Positions 19,063-28,945 of a stretch of 64,000 nt of DNA are shown one piece after another; the stretch's first letter is position 1; every line of letters begins with the position of its first letter. The position numbers and the translations under genes were made by a program. The stretch covers positions 1,792,001 to 1,856,000 of the forward strand of contig OZ255842.1 in the NCBI GenBank assembly GCA_965277805.1, in the 5' to 3' direction. This DNA comes from Candidatus Lustribacter sp. (GTDB lineage Bacteria; Vulcanimicrobiota; Vulcanimicrobiia; Vulcanimicrobiales; Vulcanimicrobiaceae). The notes beneath the pieces are model-generated. The model was not told where the DNA came from, made no database searches, and saw only the letters and a list, made by a program, of their open reading frames with translations.

Positions 19063-20799
19063 TCACGAAGGGCCCAGGGGGTGCCCCAGCGTTAGCGTCG
19101 CTTCGAAAATTTGGCCTTTGGCGCGCGAAGCGATGTTGGCCAGCATCAGGTCGCGCTGCTCGCTGATGTAGGGACGATCGGGTGTCGGATGAAGGACTTC
19201 GAAGATTCGCCGCTGCTCGGTCACGGCGTCGGCCTTGCCCGAAAAATTCTCCGTGTGAACCCGCCACTCGCACGTAAAGTCATCGACGTACGCAAAGGTG
19301 TAACGCTGCAGCGCGCGCATTTGAAATTCCTGATCGGACAAGGCCGAATCTTCACGCCATCCGCCGATCTCGTCGAAGAGGCTACGCCGGAACATGATCG
19401 AATGGCCGGCGATCGGCGTGCAGATCAGCCCCTCGCTGGGCGTCGCGGTTTCGACAAAAATCGTCGCGTTGAATCCCGTCGTCAACAAGCCGGCATCGGT
19501 TCGCACGACATAGCGAATGAGCGTGTTGGAATGCGCTGCCGGCTCGCCCGAGCGGAGCATCGCGGTTACGAGCCGATCCACGTGATCGGGATAGAGCCAA
19601 TCGTCATCCGAGAGTACTTGGACGAACCCGTCCGTAACGAGGTCCGCGCCTGCCATGAACGCGCGGGTCGTGCCGCCGTTCTGCTCGAGATTGAGCAAGC
19701 GAGCAAAGGGAAACCGCGCCACGATATCGTCAACCGGTTCGCCCGCATCGTTCACGATGACGGCGCGCACGTTGGGATAGGTTTGCGCCTTTAAACACTC
19801 CAGCACGCGAGCGAGATCGCCTCGGCGGTTGAACGTCGGTATCACGATCCACGCCGGAAGCGCTTCATTTACGGCGATGGGTGAGGTTGGGGGAATCGGC
19901 GCCGGCGGCGGGGCGGGCGGCACAAAGCGCACCGAGGACGGCTCACCCAATGTCTTCGACACGGCAACATAAATCTGACGCGGCGAGACCGGGTCGAAGA
20001 TTTGAACGTTGCGGACGAACTCGTTCGCGCCCGACGTGAGCGGCGCAACGACGCCATAGCCGCGGCGTGCAAATGCAATAGCGGCGCCCGGATCCGTCGG
20101 GTCGGTGACGACGACGCAGGTTGCGGTCGCGAGCGCATCGGCCAAGCGCGAATCGCCGGGCTGCAGCGCGAGCGTCGCGTTGACGCCGGCCGGGAGAATA
20201 CCGTCGGACGAAACGATCGTTATATCCGCGTGAAGTTCCGCCAACGCAAATGCATAGAGACGGACGCTAAGAACGTCGCGCTCCGGCGACCAGAGGATAA
20301 CGCCGGGACGTTTTGCGGGACGCCGTTCGGCAGGCGGGAGCGACGGCTCGACTACGACCACTTCGTAGGGCTTCGGATGGCGCATCAGTCCCAGCAATCG
20401 GCTGTATTCGTGGGCCGAACGGACGAGTATGCCCGAACTCATCCCGAGAAACTCCGTGACGGACTGACGCGAGAGCTGCTCGTCAACGTCCGGCACGGAG
20501 AGCCACTCCTTGCCTGATTTTCCACCGAGAATCACGCGGCCGCTCGAAAACGTGTCAAGAATCTGGCGCTGCCGGTCGGGATCCTGGGTCTCCCCTTGCA
20601 CGCTCAGCGCCAGCGTCGTCATCGTCCGGTCACCGATGGGATCGACGATCACCAATCCGTAGAAGCTCTCGCCCAACGCGCGCCGGCGAATCGCCTCGAG
20701 ATACGCGTCGATAACCTTGGAGACATCGGTGACGATCGCGGACATATCGGGCATACCGGCAGCATAGGCCGTCGCTCGTGGGCCGAATGCTTTGATCAA
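19063..20799 (-). CDS. Glycosyltransferase: uncharacterised N-terminal half plus C-terminal GT2 domain (paralog A)
   Basis: Same GT2 motifs. Start reassigned to TTG 20799 (MIKAFGPR), which matches paralog MISAYGPQ and overlaps the upstream stop (TTGA). Confidence 0.85.
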   Translation of the reverse strand: MIKAFGPRATAYAAGMPDMSAIVTDVSKVIDAYLEAIRRRALGESFYGLVIVDPIGDRTMTTLALSVQGETQDPDRQRQILDTFSSGRVILGGKSGKEWLSVPDVDEQLSRQSVTEFLGMSSGILVRSAHEYSRLLGLMRHPKPYEVVVVEPSLPPAERRPAKRPGVILWSPERDVLSVRLYAFALAELHADITIVSSDGILPAGVNATLALQPGDSRLADALATATCVVVTDPTDPGAAIAFARRGYGVVAPLTSGANEFVRNVQIFDPVSPRQIYVAVSKTLGEPSSVRFVPPAPPPAPIPPTSPIAVNEALPAWIVIPTFNRRGDLARVLECLKAQTYPNVRAVIVNDAGEPVDDIVARFPFARLLNLEQNGGTTRAFMAGADLVTDGFVQVLSDDDWLYPDHVDRLVTAMLRSGEPAAHSNTLIRYVVRTDAGLLTTGFNATIFVETATPSEGLICTPIAGHSIMFRRSLFDEIGGWREDSALSDQEFQMRALQRYTFAYVDDFTCEWRVHTENFSGKADAVTEQRRIFEVLHPTPDRPYISEQRDLMLANIASRAKGQIFEATLTLGHPLGPS

Positions 20800-21194
20800 G
20801 ATAGTGCCGATGTACGGAGGGGCGATGAAGCATCCCTGGCCATCTGCAGCGTCGCAGCCAGCGGAATGACGGGCTGTTGCGTCAATCGTTGCAGCCAAGG
20901 CGCGATGAGTTCGACGAGCGCCTCCGCACGGTCATCGCCGAGGATGCTCGCCGCCTGCGGCCATTGCCATCCCGCAGCGTTTTTCGCAGCCGCCGCGAGA
21001 TCGACGATCACGCCCGGCAGAACCGCGGTTTGTTCGCCCCGCTGAAAGACCAGATCGACGCGCCCGCAGTCGGCGCCCTCATGCGTCACGAGTTCGAAGC
21101 GAACCGCCGTAAGGTACTCCGGATGCAAGGCCGCGGAAGTGCCCGGGACGTTCAACCACACTTGCAATTCGCTGTAGGCTCCGTGCGTTTTCAC
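20796..21194 (-). CDS. Hypothetical protein homologous to the N-terminus of 48275-50245
   Basis: 4-nt start/stop overlaps with both neighbours; visible similarity to the N-terminal ~110 aa of the ORF at 48275-50245. Confidence 0.75.
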   Translation of the reverse strand: MKTHGAYSELQVWLNVPGTSAALHPEYLTAVRFELVTHEGADCGRVDLVFQRGEQTAVLPGVIVDLAAAAKNAAGWQWPQAASILGDDRAEALVELIAPWLQRLTQQPVIPLAATLQMARDASSPLRTSALS

Positions 21195-23158
21195 GTCCAG
21201 TTTCCGATCGTGAACTCCGTGCCGACAGGTTCCGGCGGCGGCAAATGGACGTAATCGCGTTCGCGCACGAAGCCGCGCCGGATGGCGGGCAACACGTCCC
21301 AGGCGCCCACCGCGGACGCGGCGAGATCCCAGCGGCGCAAAAATGCCGCCGAGTTTGTCTTGAGGATGGCGTCGTACGGGAGCCCGTTTGCGGTGAACGA
21401 CGCGCTGCCGAAATGATGGATGAACGAATCGTGGCAGACGGCGATTTCATATCCCGCCGCGCGCACGCGAACGCAGAAGTCGTCGTCCTCAAAATTGCCG
21501 AAGCCAAAACGGGGATCGAACCCGCCGATTTCATCGATCACGCGCCGGTCGATGCAGAGACAAAAGCCCGATGCACGGGGCACAAGATCGAACGTCCCGC
21601 GATGCTCGCGCCTACGCCGGGCGGCATACGCATGCATTTCCGGGATGCTGTCGTAGACGGCATCATCGAGCTGCTGACTTCCGAAGACCGAATTGCTGCG
21701 CGGGCTGCTGACGCCGATCGTGGGCCGGCGGCGCTGAACGTCGAGCAGCGCCTCGAGCCAACCCGCGGTGACGATGACATCGTTGTTGAGCACGACGATG
21801 TGGCTGCCGTCCGCCGCTGCGATGCCCTGATTCGTGCCGTGGGCGAAACCCGTGTTCACGGGATTGTAGATCACGCGGACGCCCGGCAGCGCCGCGATGC
21901 GCCGCACGGTTTCCGAACGCGAACCGTTGTCGACGACGATGATCTCGAAGGGTACGCGCGTGTGCTCGCGGATCGACGCGACGGCGACCTCGGTGAATTC
22001 GGGTGCATTCCAGCTCAAGGTGACGATCGACGTCAATCCCGGTATGCCGTGGGCGATCGCCGCCGGCAAGGCCTCCGCCGGCTCACCTTCACGACGCACG
22101 CCGCGTCCATGCGCCTCCGCGCGCGCGACCCAATCGGTCACTGCTTCGCCGAGCGGCAGATCCTCGCGCAGCCGCACGTGCTGCGGAATCAGCCGAGGCG
22201 CAACGATCGTGGTCCCGTCGACGCGTTCTGCTGCAACGGTGTCGACGCCGGACTCGACGGTCGCGATCAGGTGGTTGAGCCAATCCGGCTCGAGCTGGGC
22301 ATCGCCGCGCAGAAATACGACATACCCTTCGCCGCGCCGTTCGGTCGCCGCCCGTGCGGCAGCCATGCCGCCGGCTTCCGCATCCGCGCCCGTCCAGATG
22401 GTCTTGGCCGGCTGCAAACGCGAGCACTGCAGCGCAGCGGTAAATGCTGCGGGATCGCTCGGCGCCGGGCCGTGAACGATCACCGTTACCGGGAAGAGCG
22501 GTACCAAAACGAGCCCGAGCCCGGCCGGCGTGAAGTCTTCGCGCACGACGTAACCGTCGCGTTCGCACCACGAATTTTCCAGCGGAAACGCGCGTCCGCG
22601 CCAGCGGCGGGCAAAGATATCCTGGTCGCGATCCTGCGTGTCGAACAGCGGTGCGAGCACCGGTTCCGCACGCACGTACGCGAGGGCGGGCAGAACGACG
22701 CTGCGCCATCCCAGCTCTCGCGCACGCAACGCATAGTCGACCGCAGCGTACGTCTCGCCCAAACCCTCGTCGAACCCGCCGAGTTCATCGAAGAGCGCCC
22801 GCGGCGTCGCGAGGCAGCGCAGGCTGACGGCGTCGCAAAACGCATTCTGCGCGCGCACTTGGCGATGCACGCTGAAGCCGCGCAGCGTCAGCCGTGCGGG
22901 GTGAAAGATCAGACCGGCTTCCTCGAGCTCACCGGCCGGCGACAGCAGCACGCCGCCGGCGACGCCTACATCCGGCGCCGCGAACGCCCCGAGCAATGCC
23001 GCAATGAAGTCCGGCACGGCCGGAACGATATCGCGCATGAACACGAGAACCGCGCCCTGCGCTTGCTGTGCCGCCCGGTTGAGCGCAGCGCCGGGTGCAC
23101 GCGGATCGGCCTCGACGTCGATCGCTTCGCCGCGTCCATCGGTGAACGAGTACTTCAT
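21191..23158 (-). CDS. Multidomain GT2 glycosyltransferase
   Basis: C-terminal SIVTLSWN, IVVDNGS, NTGFA..NQG, LNNDV and GGFDPRFGFGNFEDDDFC; degenerate GT2-like N-terminal domain. Confidence 0.88.
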   Translation of the reverse strand: MKYSFTDGRGEAIDVEADPRAPGAALNRAAQQAQGAVLVFMRDIVPAVPDFIAALLGAFAAPDVGVAGGVLLSPAGELEEAGLIFHPARLTLRGFSVHRQVRAQNAFCDAVSLRCLATPRALFDELGGFDEGLGETYAAVDYALRARELGWRSVVLPALAYVRAEPVLAPLFDTQDRDQDIFARRWRGRAFPLENSWCERDGYVVREDFTPAGLGLVLVPLFPVTVIVHGPAPSDPAAFTAALQCSRLQPAKTIWTGADAEAGGMAAARAATERRGEGYVVFLRGDAQLEPDWLNHLIATVESGVDTVAAERVDGTTIVAPRLIPQHVRLREDLPLGEAVTDWVARAEAHGRGVRREGEPAEALPAAIAHGIPGLTSIVTLSWNAPEFTEVAVASIREHTRVPFEIIVVDNGSRSETVRRIAALPGVRVIYNPVNTGFAHGTNQGIAAADGSHIVVLNNDVIVTAGWLEALLDVQRRRPTIGVSSPRSNSVFGSQQLDDAVYDSIPEMHAYAARRRREHRGTFDLVPRASGFCLCIDRRVIDEIGGFDPRFGFGNFEDDDFCVRVRAAGYEIAVCHDSFIHHFGSASFTANGLPYDAILKTNSAAFLRRWDLAASAVGAWDVLPAIRRGFVRERDYVHLPPPEPVGTEFTIGNWT

Positions 23159-23175
23159 TTAGAAGCGGGTCAAGA

Positions 23176-24324
23176 CTATGCGCTTCCCTGCATCGCTTCG
23201 GCAAGCGTTTCGACGGCGGCGTTCGCCGCGACGCGGGCCGCGCGATCGGCCGCGCGCACCGCATCGAGCGTCAGTTCGGCGCGTTCGACCGATGCCAAGG
23301 CCGTCGCGATGCAGCGCGGGATGTCGCCAAAGCGAATGCGGCCGGCGACGAATGCGGCCACCGCAACTTCGTTCGCGGCCGAGAGCGCTGCCGGCACCGT
23401 GCCGCCTTCGCGCAGCGCGCGATAGGCCAAACCCAAACAGGGGAAGCGCTCGACGTCGGGCCGTTCGAAGCCGAGCACCGTGGCCGACCCATCGATCGCA
23501 CCGCCGACGGCGACCAGCGGATCCGTTTCCGGATGGTCGGCGAGACGATCCGGATACGCGAGCGCGTAGCCGATGGGCAGCCGCATGTCGGGGCGTGCGA
23601 ATTGCCCGACGACGTTGCCGTCGGTGAAGATCGCAAAGCCGTGCGCGACGCTGGTCCGATGCACGAGCACGTGGATGCGCTCGCCGGGCAGCGCGAAGAA
23701 CCGGCTGGCCTCGATCACTTCCAGCCCCTTGTTCATCAACGACGCGGAATCGATCGTGTTCTTCACGCCCATTTGCCACGTCGGATGTTTGAGCGCGTCC
23801 TCGACGCGCGCGTTCGCGATCTCTTCGGCCGGCGCGTTCCAGAACGGTCCGCCGGATGCGGTGAGCACGATGCTCGCGATGCGTTCGGGCGGCTCGCCCG
23901 CAACGCATTGAAAGATCGCGCTGTGTTCGCTGTCGACCGGCAGCAGTTTTGCACCGCTGGTCTTAGCATGGCGGAACAGCAGCTCGCCCGCGGCCACGAT
24001 CAACTCTTTGTTGGCCACCGCGACATCGATGCCGGCGTCGACTGCGGCGAACACCGCATCGAACGCAACCGCGCCGTCGGTGGCGGCGAGCAGGATGTCG
24101 GGCTCGGAATCGACCGCGACCGCGCGCAGCCCGTCGGGTCCGTCGGCGGCCGAAGCCGTGATGCGCGGCTTGAACTGCGCGATCTGTTCGGCCAGCAGAT
24201 CGACGTTTCGTCCGGCGGCGAGGCCCACGACTTCGAAGCGCTCCGGGTGGCGCGCGATCACGTCGAGGGCTTGCCGTCCGATGCTCCCGGTCGAACCGAG
24301 AATCGCGACCCGTTTCCGTTTCAC
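23176..24324 (-). CDS. dxr: 1-deoxy-D-xylulose-5-phosphate reductoisomerase
   Basis: ILGSTGSIG, ANKE, PVDSEHSAIFQ, LTASGGPF, HPTWQMG and NKGLEVIEA motifs. Confidence 0.97.
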   Translation of the reverse strand: MKRKRVAILGSTGSIGRQALDVIARHPERFEVVGLAAGRNVDLLAEQIAQFKPRITASAADGPDGLRAVAVDSEPDILLAATDGAVAFDAVFAAVDAGIDVAVANKELIVAAGELLFRHAKTSGAKLLPVDSEHSAIFQCVAGEPPERIASIVLTASGGPFWNAPAEEIANARVEDALKHPTWQMGVKNTIDSASLMNKGLEVIEASRFFALPGERIHVLVHRTSVAHGFAIFTDGNVVGQFARPDMRLPIGYALAYPDRLADHPETDPLVAVGGAIDGSATVLGFERPDVERFPCLGLAYRALREGGTVPAALSAANEVAVAAFVAGRIRFGDIPRCIATALASVERAELTLDAVRAADRAARVAANAAVETLAEAMQGSA

Positions 24325-24340
24325 CTAGGTTCCTTTTGCG

Positions 24341-25192
24341 CTAGGAGCCGTACATCCCGTGCGGGATCACGCCCACGACGTAGAGTGCGAAATAGAACGC
24401 GATGCCGCCGAAAATGTATGAATCGAAACGGTCGAGGACGCCGCCGTGTCCACCGATCAGGCTGCCGGCATCTTTCACGTGGGCGTCGCGTTTGAGCGCG
24501 CTCTCGACGAGGTCGCCCGCTTGCGCGGCGACCGAGGTGATCGCGCCGATCAGCGCGCCTTGCCACCACAGCAAGTGCAGCCACGGCGTGAGGCCGATCG
24601 CGACCCCGGCAAGAATCGCGACCGCGAGGCCGCCGGCCGACCCTTCGATGGTCTTGCGCGGGGAGATCGGGCTCAAGGGCGTGCGGCCGAAGCGCGTGCC
24701 GATCACCATTGCGAAGATGTCGGTGAACGCGATCAGGACGATCGCCATCACCGTCGCCGCCGTACCGATCTGCGGCAAGAGGCGGATCGCGATGAAGTAC
24801 GTCATCAGCTTGCCGATGTAGAGCACGGCCAGCAGCGTGTACCCGCTGCGCGCGAACGCCCCTTCGCTGCTCGCGAAGAGTCCGGTCACGAGCGCCACGA
24901 CGACGGTTGCGGCGAGCAGCACCCCTTCGTAGCGGTGAATGCGGCCGAAGTAGGTCAGCAGGAAGTACAACACGATCGCGACGAGCGCCACGGGCATTTC
25001 GAGCCACGGACCCTTGCGCGCCGAGAGTTGCGCGAACTCCCACAGGCAGCCGATCGCGATGGCCGTACACAACACGAGAAACCCCGGCAGCCAGAACACC
25101 GCGCCGATCCCGACGATCGCGAGCAGCAAACCGACGATAATGCGGCGTGCGCCGATGGGTTGAGTTACGCCCGTTACGGGCGCAGCGGTCAC
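24341..25192 (-). CDS. cdsA: Phosphatidate cytidylyltransferase
   Basis: ISPRKTIEG, GDLVESALKR and KDAG.LIGGHGGVLDRFDS motifs. Confidence 0.95.
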   Translation of the reverse strand: MTAAPVTGVTQPIGARRIIVGLLLAIVGIGAVFWLPGFLVLCTAIAIGCLWEFAQLSARKGPWLEMPVALVAIVLYFLLTYFGRIHRYEGVLLAATVVVALVTGLFASSEGAFARSGYTLLAVLYIGKLMTYFIAIRLLPQIGTAATVMAIVLIAFTDIFAMVIGTRFGRTPLSPISPRKTIEGSAGGLAVAILAGVAIGLTPWLHLLWWQGALIGAITSVAAQAGDLVESALKRDAHVKDAGSLIGGHGGVLDRFDSYIFGGIAFYFALYVVGVIPHGMYGS

Positions 25193-25932
25193 GAGCCCCC
25201 GAAGCGGCGGCGCCGGCGCTGGTATTCGGCCAGCGCACCCGCAAAGTCGTCGCGCCCGAAATCCGGCCAGTACACGTCGGTCATCAGCAGTTCGGTATAA
25301 GCGGCCTGATAGAGCAAGAAATTCGACAAGCGCGACTCGCCGCCGGGCCGGATGAGCATATCGGGATCCGGCATGTCGGCGGTGTAGAGATACGAGGCGA
25401 TGCGCTCGTCATCGATCGCATCGGGCGCGAGCTTTCCGGCTTGCACGTCGCGCGCCAGCGCAACTACGGCATCGCGCACTTCGCTGCGCCCGCTGTAGTT
25501 CACGGCCAGATTGAGACGCAATCCGGTGCAGTCTTTCGTTTTTGCCATCAAACCGTCAAGCGCGTCGCGCGACGGCGCCGGCAGCATCTCGTAGTGCCCG
25601 ATCACGTTGACGTGCACGTTGTTACGCCGCAACTCGGCGAGTTCCGACTGCGCAAAATACACGCACAAGTCGAGCAAGAGCGAGATCTCGGTTGAGTCGC
25701 GCTTCCAGTTCTCGGTCGAAAAACCGTAGACGGTGAGCATCGGGATGCCCCAATCGTTGCAGGCACGGGTCACTTCGCGCAGCGCGACGATCCCGCGGCG
25801 GTGGCCTTCGATTGCCGGCATGCGGCGCTCGCGCGCCCAGCGGCGATTGCCGTCCATGATGATCGCGACGTGTCCGGGCAAGCGGTCCGCATCCAGTGAG
25901 ACGTCGCTCGGCGGACGCAGCATGGTGGCCAT
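25189..25932 (-). CDS. uppS: Undecaprenyl/polyprenyl diphosphate synthase
   Basis: HVAIIMDGNRRWA, FSTENWKR, NYSGR, RLSNFLLYQ and RRFGG motifs. ATG 25932 in a TAATG overlap. Confidence 0.95.
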   Translation of the reverse strand: MATMLRPPSDVSLDADRLPGHVAIIMDGNRRWARERRMPAIEGHRRGIVALREVTRACNDWGIPMLTVYGFSTENWKRDSTEISLLLDLCVYFAQSELAELRRNNVHVNVIGHYEMLPAPSRDALDGLMAKTKDCTGLRLNLAVNYSGRSEVRDAVVALARDVQAGKLAPDAIDDERIASYLYTADMPDPDMLIRPGGESRLSNFLLYQAAYTELLMTDVYWPDFGRDDFAGALAEYQRRRRRFGGS

Positions 25933-26129
25933 TAGGGTCGCCGGTACCGCTCGTAGCCGCACAGGACGTCGAGCGGTCCGCTGCCGTCGTCGCGTACGCG
26001 TAGCACGCGCAAAGCACCGCCGCCGATCGCGGGATAGGGCGGCGTCAGCACGCGCAACGCGTGCGCGCGGGTGCCCAACCGGCGCCGCGCTTCAACCCAC
26101 GGCAGCAGCACGAGATCGGCGGTCTCCAT
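25932..26129 (-). CDS. Small hypothetical protein (65 aa) between frr and uppS
   Basis: Exactly fills the gap, with TGATG and TAATG couplings at both ends. Confidence 0.7.
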   Translation of the reverse strand: METADLVLLPWVEARRRLGTRAHALRVLTPPYPAIGGGALRVLRVRDDGSGPLDVLCGYERYRRP

Positions 26130-26689
26130 CAGACCTCCATGATCTCTTTCTCTTTGCCGGCGACCAACTCGTCGATCTGCTTGACGAATTTGTCGGTGAG
26201 CTTCTGCACGTGGTCGCCGCCCCGCTTGACGCCGTCCTCGGTGATCTCGCCGCTCTTCTGCAGACCTTTGATCTCGTCGACGGCCTTGTGCCGGATGTTG
26301 CGCACCGCTACCTTGTGCTCTTCGGATTTCTTTTTGATCACCTTGACCAGATCTTTGCGGCGATCTTCGGTCAACGGCGGAATTGAGAGGCGGATGTGGG
26401 CGCCGTCGATGTTCGGATTCAACCCGAGGTCACTGGTTTCGATCGCCTTGCGGATCGCGCCGACCTGGTTCTTATCGAAGGCCGAGATCAACAGCGAGCG
26501 TCCGTCGGGCGAGCTGACGCTCGCGACTTGCTTGAGCGGCACTTGTGAACCGTACGCATCGACGTGAAGCCGGTCGAGCAGCGAGGGCGCGGCGCGGCCG
26601 GTGCGGATCGAGGCGAAATCACCGCGCGTCGCCTCCATCGCCTTGTTCATCTTCGCTTCGGTCTCTTTGTAGACGTCGTCCAGAGCCAT
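26129..26689 (-). CDS. frr: Ribosome recycling factor
   Basis: IRTGRA.P.LLD, P.LTEDRRKDLVK and KEKEIMEV motifs. Confidence 0.97.
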   Translation of the reverse strand: MALDDVYKETEAKMNKAMEATRGDFASIRTGRAAPSLLDRLHVDAYGSQVPLKQVASVSSPDGRSLLISAFDKNQVGAIRKAIETSDLGLNPNIDGAHIRLSIPPLTEDRRKDLVKVIKKKSEEHKVAVRNIRHKAVDEIKGLQKSGEITEDGVKRGGDHVQKLTDKFVKQIDELVAGKEKEIMEV

Positions 26690-26702
26690 GTTCCGCTTCT
26701 CC

Positions 26703-27446
26703 TCAGACTCGTTCGAGCGCGACGCGCGTAGAGTCGCTGCCGACGAGCGTACCGATCGGCTCGCCCATCACGACGCGGCGAATATTCCCCGGCGCGTTCA
26801 TATCGAAGACGATGATCGGGATGTCGTTGTCCATGCAGAGCGTCAAGGCGGTATTATCCATGACCTCGAGCCCGAGTTGCAGCACGTTGAGATAGTCGAC
26901 GTGCTCGAAGCGCGTGGCGGTCGGATCCTTGAACGGATCGGCCGAATACACGCCGTCGACCTTGGTGGCCTTGAGGATCGCTTGCGCGCCCATCTCGACC
27001 GCGCGCAGCGCCGCCGTCGTGTCGGTGGTGAAATACGGATTGCCGGTACCCGCCGCAAAGATCACGACGCGGCCCTTCTCCATATGGCGCATGGCGCGCC
27101 GGCGGATGTAGGGTTCGGCGATCTGATGCATCTCGATCGCGGTTTGCGTGCGGGCCGGAATGCCCAAACGCTCGATCGAGTCTTGCAGTGCCAGCGCGTT
27201 GATCACGGTGGCGAGCATGCCCATGTAGTCGGCGGTGGCACGTTCCATGCCGGCCGCTTCGTGGGGCTTGCCGCGCCAGATGTTGCCCCCGCCGACGACG
27301 ACCGCAATCGAGACGCCGTCGGCATGCACCGCGGCGATCTCCTTGGCCATGGTCGTGGTGGTGTCGACGTCAACGCTCCCGCCGCTCCCGGCGAACGCTT
27401 CGCCCGAGAGTTTCAGCAGAACGCGGCGGAAGGCGGGAGCCGGCAT
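26703..27446 (-). CDS. pyrH: UMP kinase
   Basis: [27 protein letters not shown] and GNPYFTTD motifs. Confidence 0.97.
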   Translation of the reverse strand: MPAPAFRRVLLKLSGEAFAGSGGSVDVDTTTTMAKEIAAVHADGVSIAVVVGGGNIWRGKPHEAAGMERATADYMGMLATVINALALQDSIERLGIPARTQTAIEMHQIAEPYIRRRAMRHMEKGRVVIFAAGTGNPYFTTDTTAALRAVEMGAQAILKATKVDGVYSADPFKDPTATRFEHVDYLNVLQLGLEVMDNTALTLCMDNDIPIIVFDMNAPGNIRRVVMGEPIGTLVGSDSTRVALERV

Positions 27447-27453
27447 CGGCGCG

Positions 27454-28056
27454 CTACTCGCCGAGTGCGAACTTGGCGAAGCGGCGAACGGACATCTTCT
27501 CGCCGAGCACGCTCGACACGCCGTTGACCAGCTCGCCGACCGTCATCGAGTCGTCCTTGACGAACGACTGCTCGAGCACCACGTGGTCCTCGAACCACTT
27601 ATTGAGCTTGCCTTCGACAATCTTCTCCGCGACCGCCGGCGGCTTGCCGTCGGGAACTTGCTTGACGAACTCCGCGCGCAGTTCGGCGACGGTTTCGGGC
27701 GGCACCGATTCGCGCGTGAGGTACGCCGCGGGCATCGCGGCAATGTGCATCGCGACGTCGCGCACGAGGTCCTTGAACTTGTCGTTGCGCGCGACGAAGT
27801 CGGTCTCGCAGTTGATCTCCACCAGCACGCCGACTTTGCCGCCGGTGTGGATGTAGGAGCCCACGAGGCCTTCGTTGGCGCTGCGCTCGGCCTTTTTCTC
27901 GGCCTTCGCTTGGCCTTGTTCTTGCAGCAACAGCTTCGCCTTGACGGCGTCGCCCTCGCTCTTCACGAGCGCGTTGCGGCAATCGATCATGCCCGCGCCC
28001 GTGTCGTCGCGCAGGCGTTTTACGTCGTCGGCGGTTGGTTTATACGTCGTTTGCAT
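27454..28056 (-). CDS. tsf: Elongation factor Ts (short form)
   Basis: [25 protein letters not shown] and AMHIAA motifs. Confidence 0.97.
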   Translation of the reverse strand: MQTTYKPTADDVKRLRDDTGAGMIDCRNALVKSEGDAVKAKLLLQEQGQAKAEKKAERSANEGLVGSYIHTGGKVGVLVEINCETDFVARNDKFKDLVRDVAMHIAAMPAAYLTRESVPPETVAELRAEFVKQVPDGKPPAVAEKIVEGKLNKWFEDHVVLEQSFVKDDSMTVGELVNGVSSVLGEKMSVRRFAKFALGE

Positions 28057-28062
28057 TCGTAT

Positions 28063-28830
28063 TTACGCGGGGACCGCATCCTCTTCGGGGGCTGCTGCGA
28101 CTTCGGCGTACTGCTCGTCGTACGCTTGCGCGTCGAACGACGATTCCGTTTCCGTCTTGCCCTCGATGATCGCATCGGCGATCTTGCCGACCATTAGGCG
28201 CACGGCGCGAATCGCGTCGTCGTTGCCCGGTATCGGGTAGTCGATCTCATCGGGATCGCAGTTCGTGTCGATCACGGCGATGATCGGGATGTGCAGCTTC
28301 TTGGCCTCAAGGACCGCGATGCGTTCCTTCTTCGGATCGACGATGAACATCGCGTCGGGCAGGCGGTGCATGTCTTTGATGCCGCCGAGGAAGCGCTCGA
28401 GCTTGTTCAGCTCTTCGGTCAGCTTCGAGACTTCTTTCTTGGGAAGCAGATCGAAGGTGCCTTGCTGGCGCATGCCTTCGAGCTCGCGCAGGCGCGCGAT
28501 ACGCTTCTGGATCGTCGCGAAGTTGGTCAGCGTGCCGCCGAGCCAGCGCTGGTTGACGAAGAACGTCCCGGCGCGTTCGGCTTCTTCTTTGACCACGTCT
28601 TGGGCTTGCTTCTTCGTGCCCACGAACAGAATGACGCGGCCTTCGCGTGACATCTGCCGCACGTCTTCGTAGACGTTGTTGAGCATCGCGAGCGTCTTGC
28701 CCAGGTCGATGATGTAGATGCCGTTCCGCTCTTGGAAGATGTACGGCTTCATCTTGGGGTTCCACCGGCGCGTCTGGTGGCCGAAATGGACGCCCGCCTC
28801 GAGCAGGGCGCGCATGGAAACAACGGACAT
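28063..28830 (-). CDS. rpsB: 30S ribosomal protein S2
   Basis: [28 protein letters not shown] and [10 protein letters not shown] motifs. Confidence 0.98.
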   Translation of the reverse strand: MSVVSMRALLEAGVHFGHQTRRWNPKMKPYIFQERNGIYIIDLGKTLAMLNNVYEDVRQMSREGRVILFVGTKKQAQDVVKEEAERAGTFFVNQRWLGGTLTNFATIQKRIARLRELEGMRQQGTFDLLPKKEVSKLTEELNKLERFLGGIKDMHRLPDAMFIVDPKKERIAVLEAKKLHIPIIAVIDTNCDPDEIDYPIPGNDDAIRAVRLMVGKIADAIIEGKTETESSFDAQAYDEQYAEVAAAPEEDAVPA

Positions 28831-28945
28831 AATGGACCTCTCTGATGCCCCGCGAGGTGCCGTCCTGGCGATCGCGATCCGGGCTCATAGCACCCATCCT
28901 CCGGACGGGTGAAGTAGTCGGCCCGGGTTGACCCGGTCCCAACCC
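28831..28945 (-). promoter_or_regulatory. Putative structured rpsB 5' leader
   Basis: About 110-nt leader with hairpin CACCCGUCC-GGA-GGAUGGGUG and flanking CCGGGC/GCCCGG pairing. Confidence 0.4.

Noticed and set aside
20796-20898. Possible frameshift joining the 132-aa ORF to the downstream glycosyltransferase
   Set aside because: A TTG start overlapping the stop gives an N-terminus matching the tandem paralog, so two coupled genes explain it without a frameshift.
21245-23425. Long alternative ORFs here and elsewhere (41198-43033, 42327-44198, 45695-47722, 7729-8841)
   Set aside because: Opposite-strand shadows of well-supported genes, expected in high-GC DNA with few stop codons; Arg/Ala-rich with no motifs.
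27454-28056. Short 200-aa EF-Ts as a truncation or pseudogene
   Set aside because: The short EF-Ts form is normal in several phyla, and both termini are intact.
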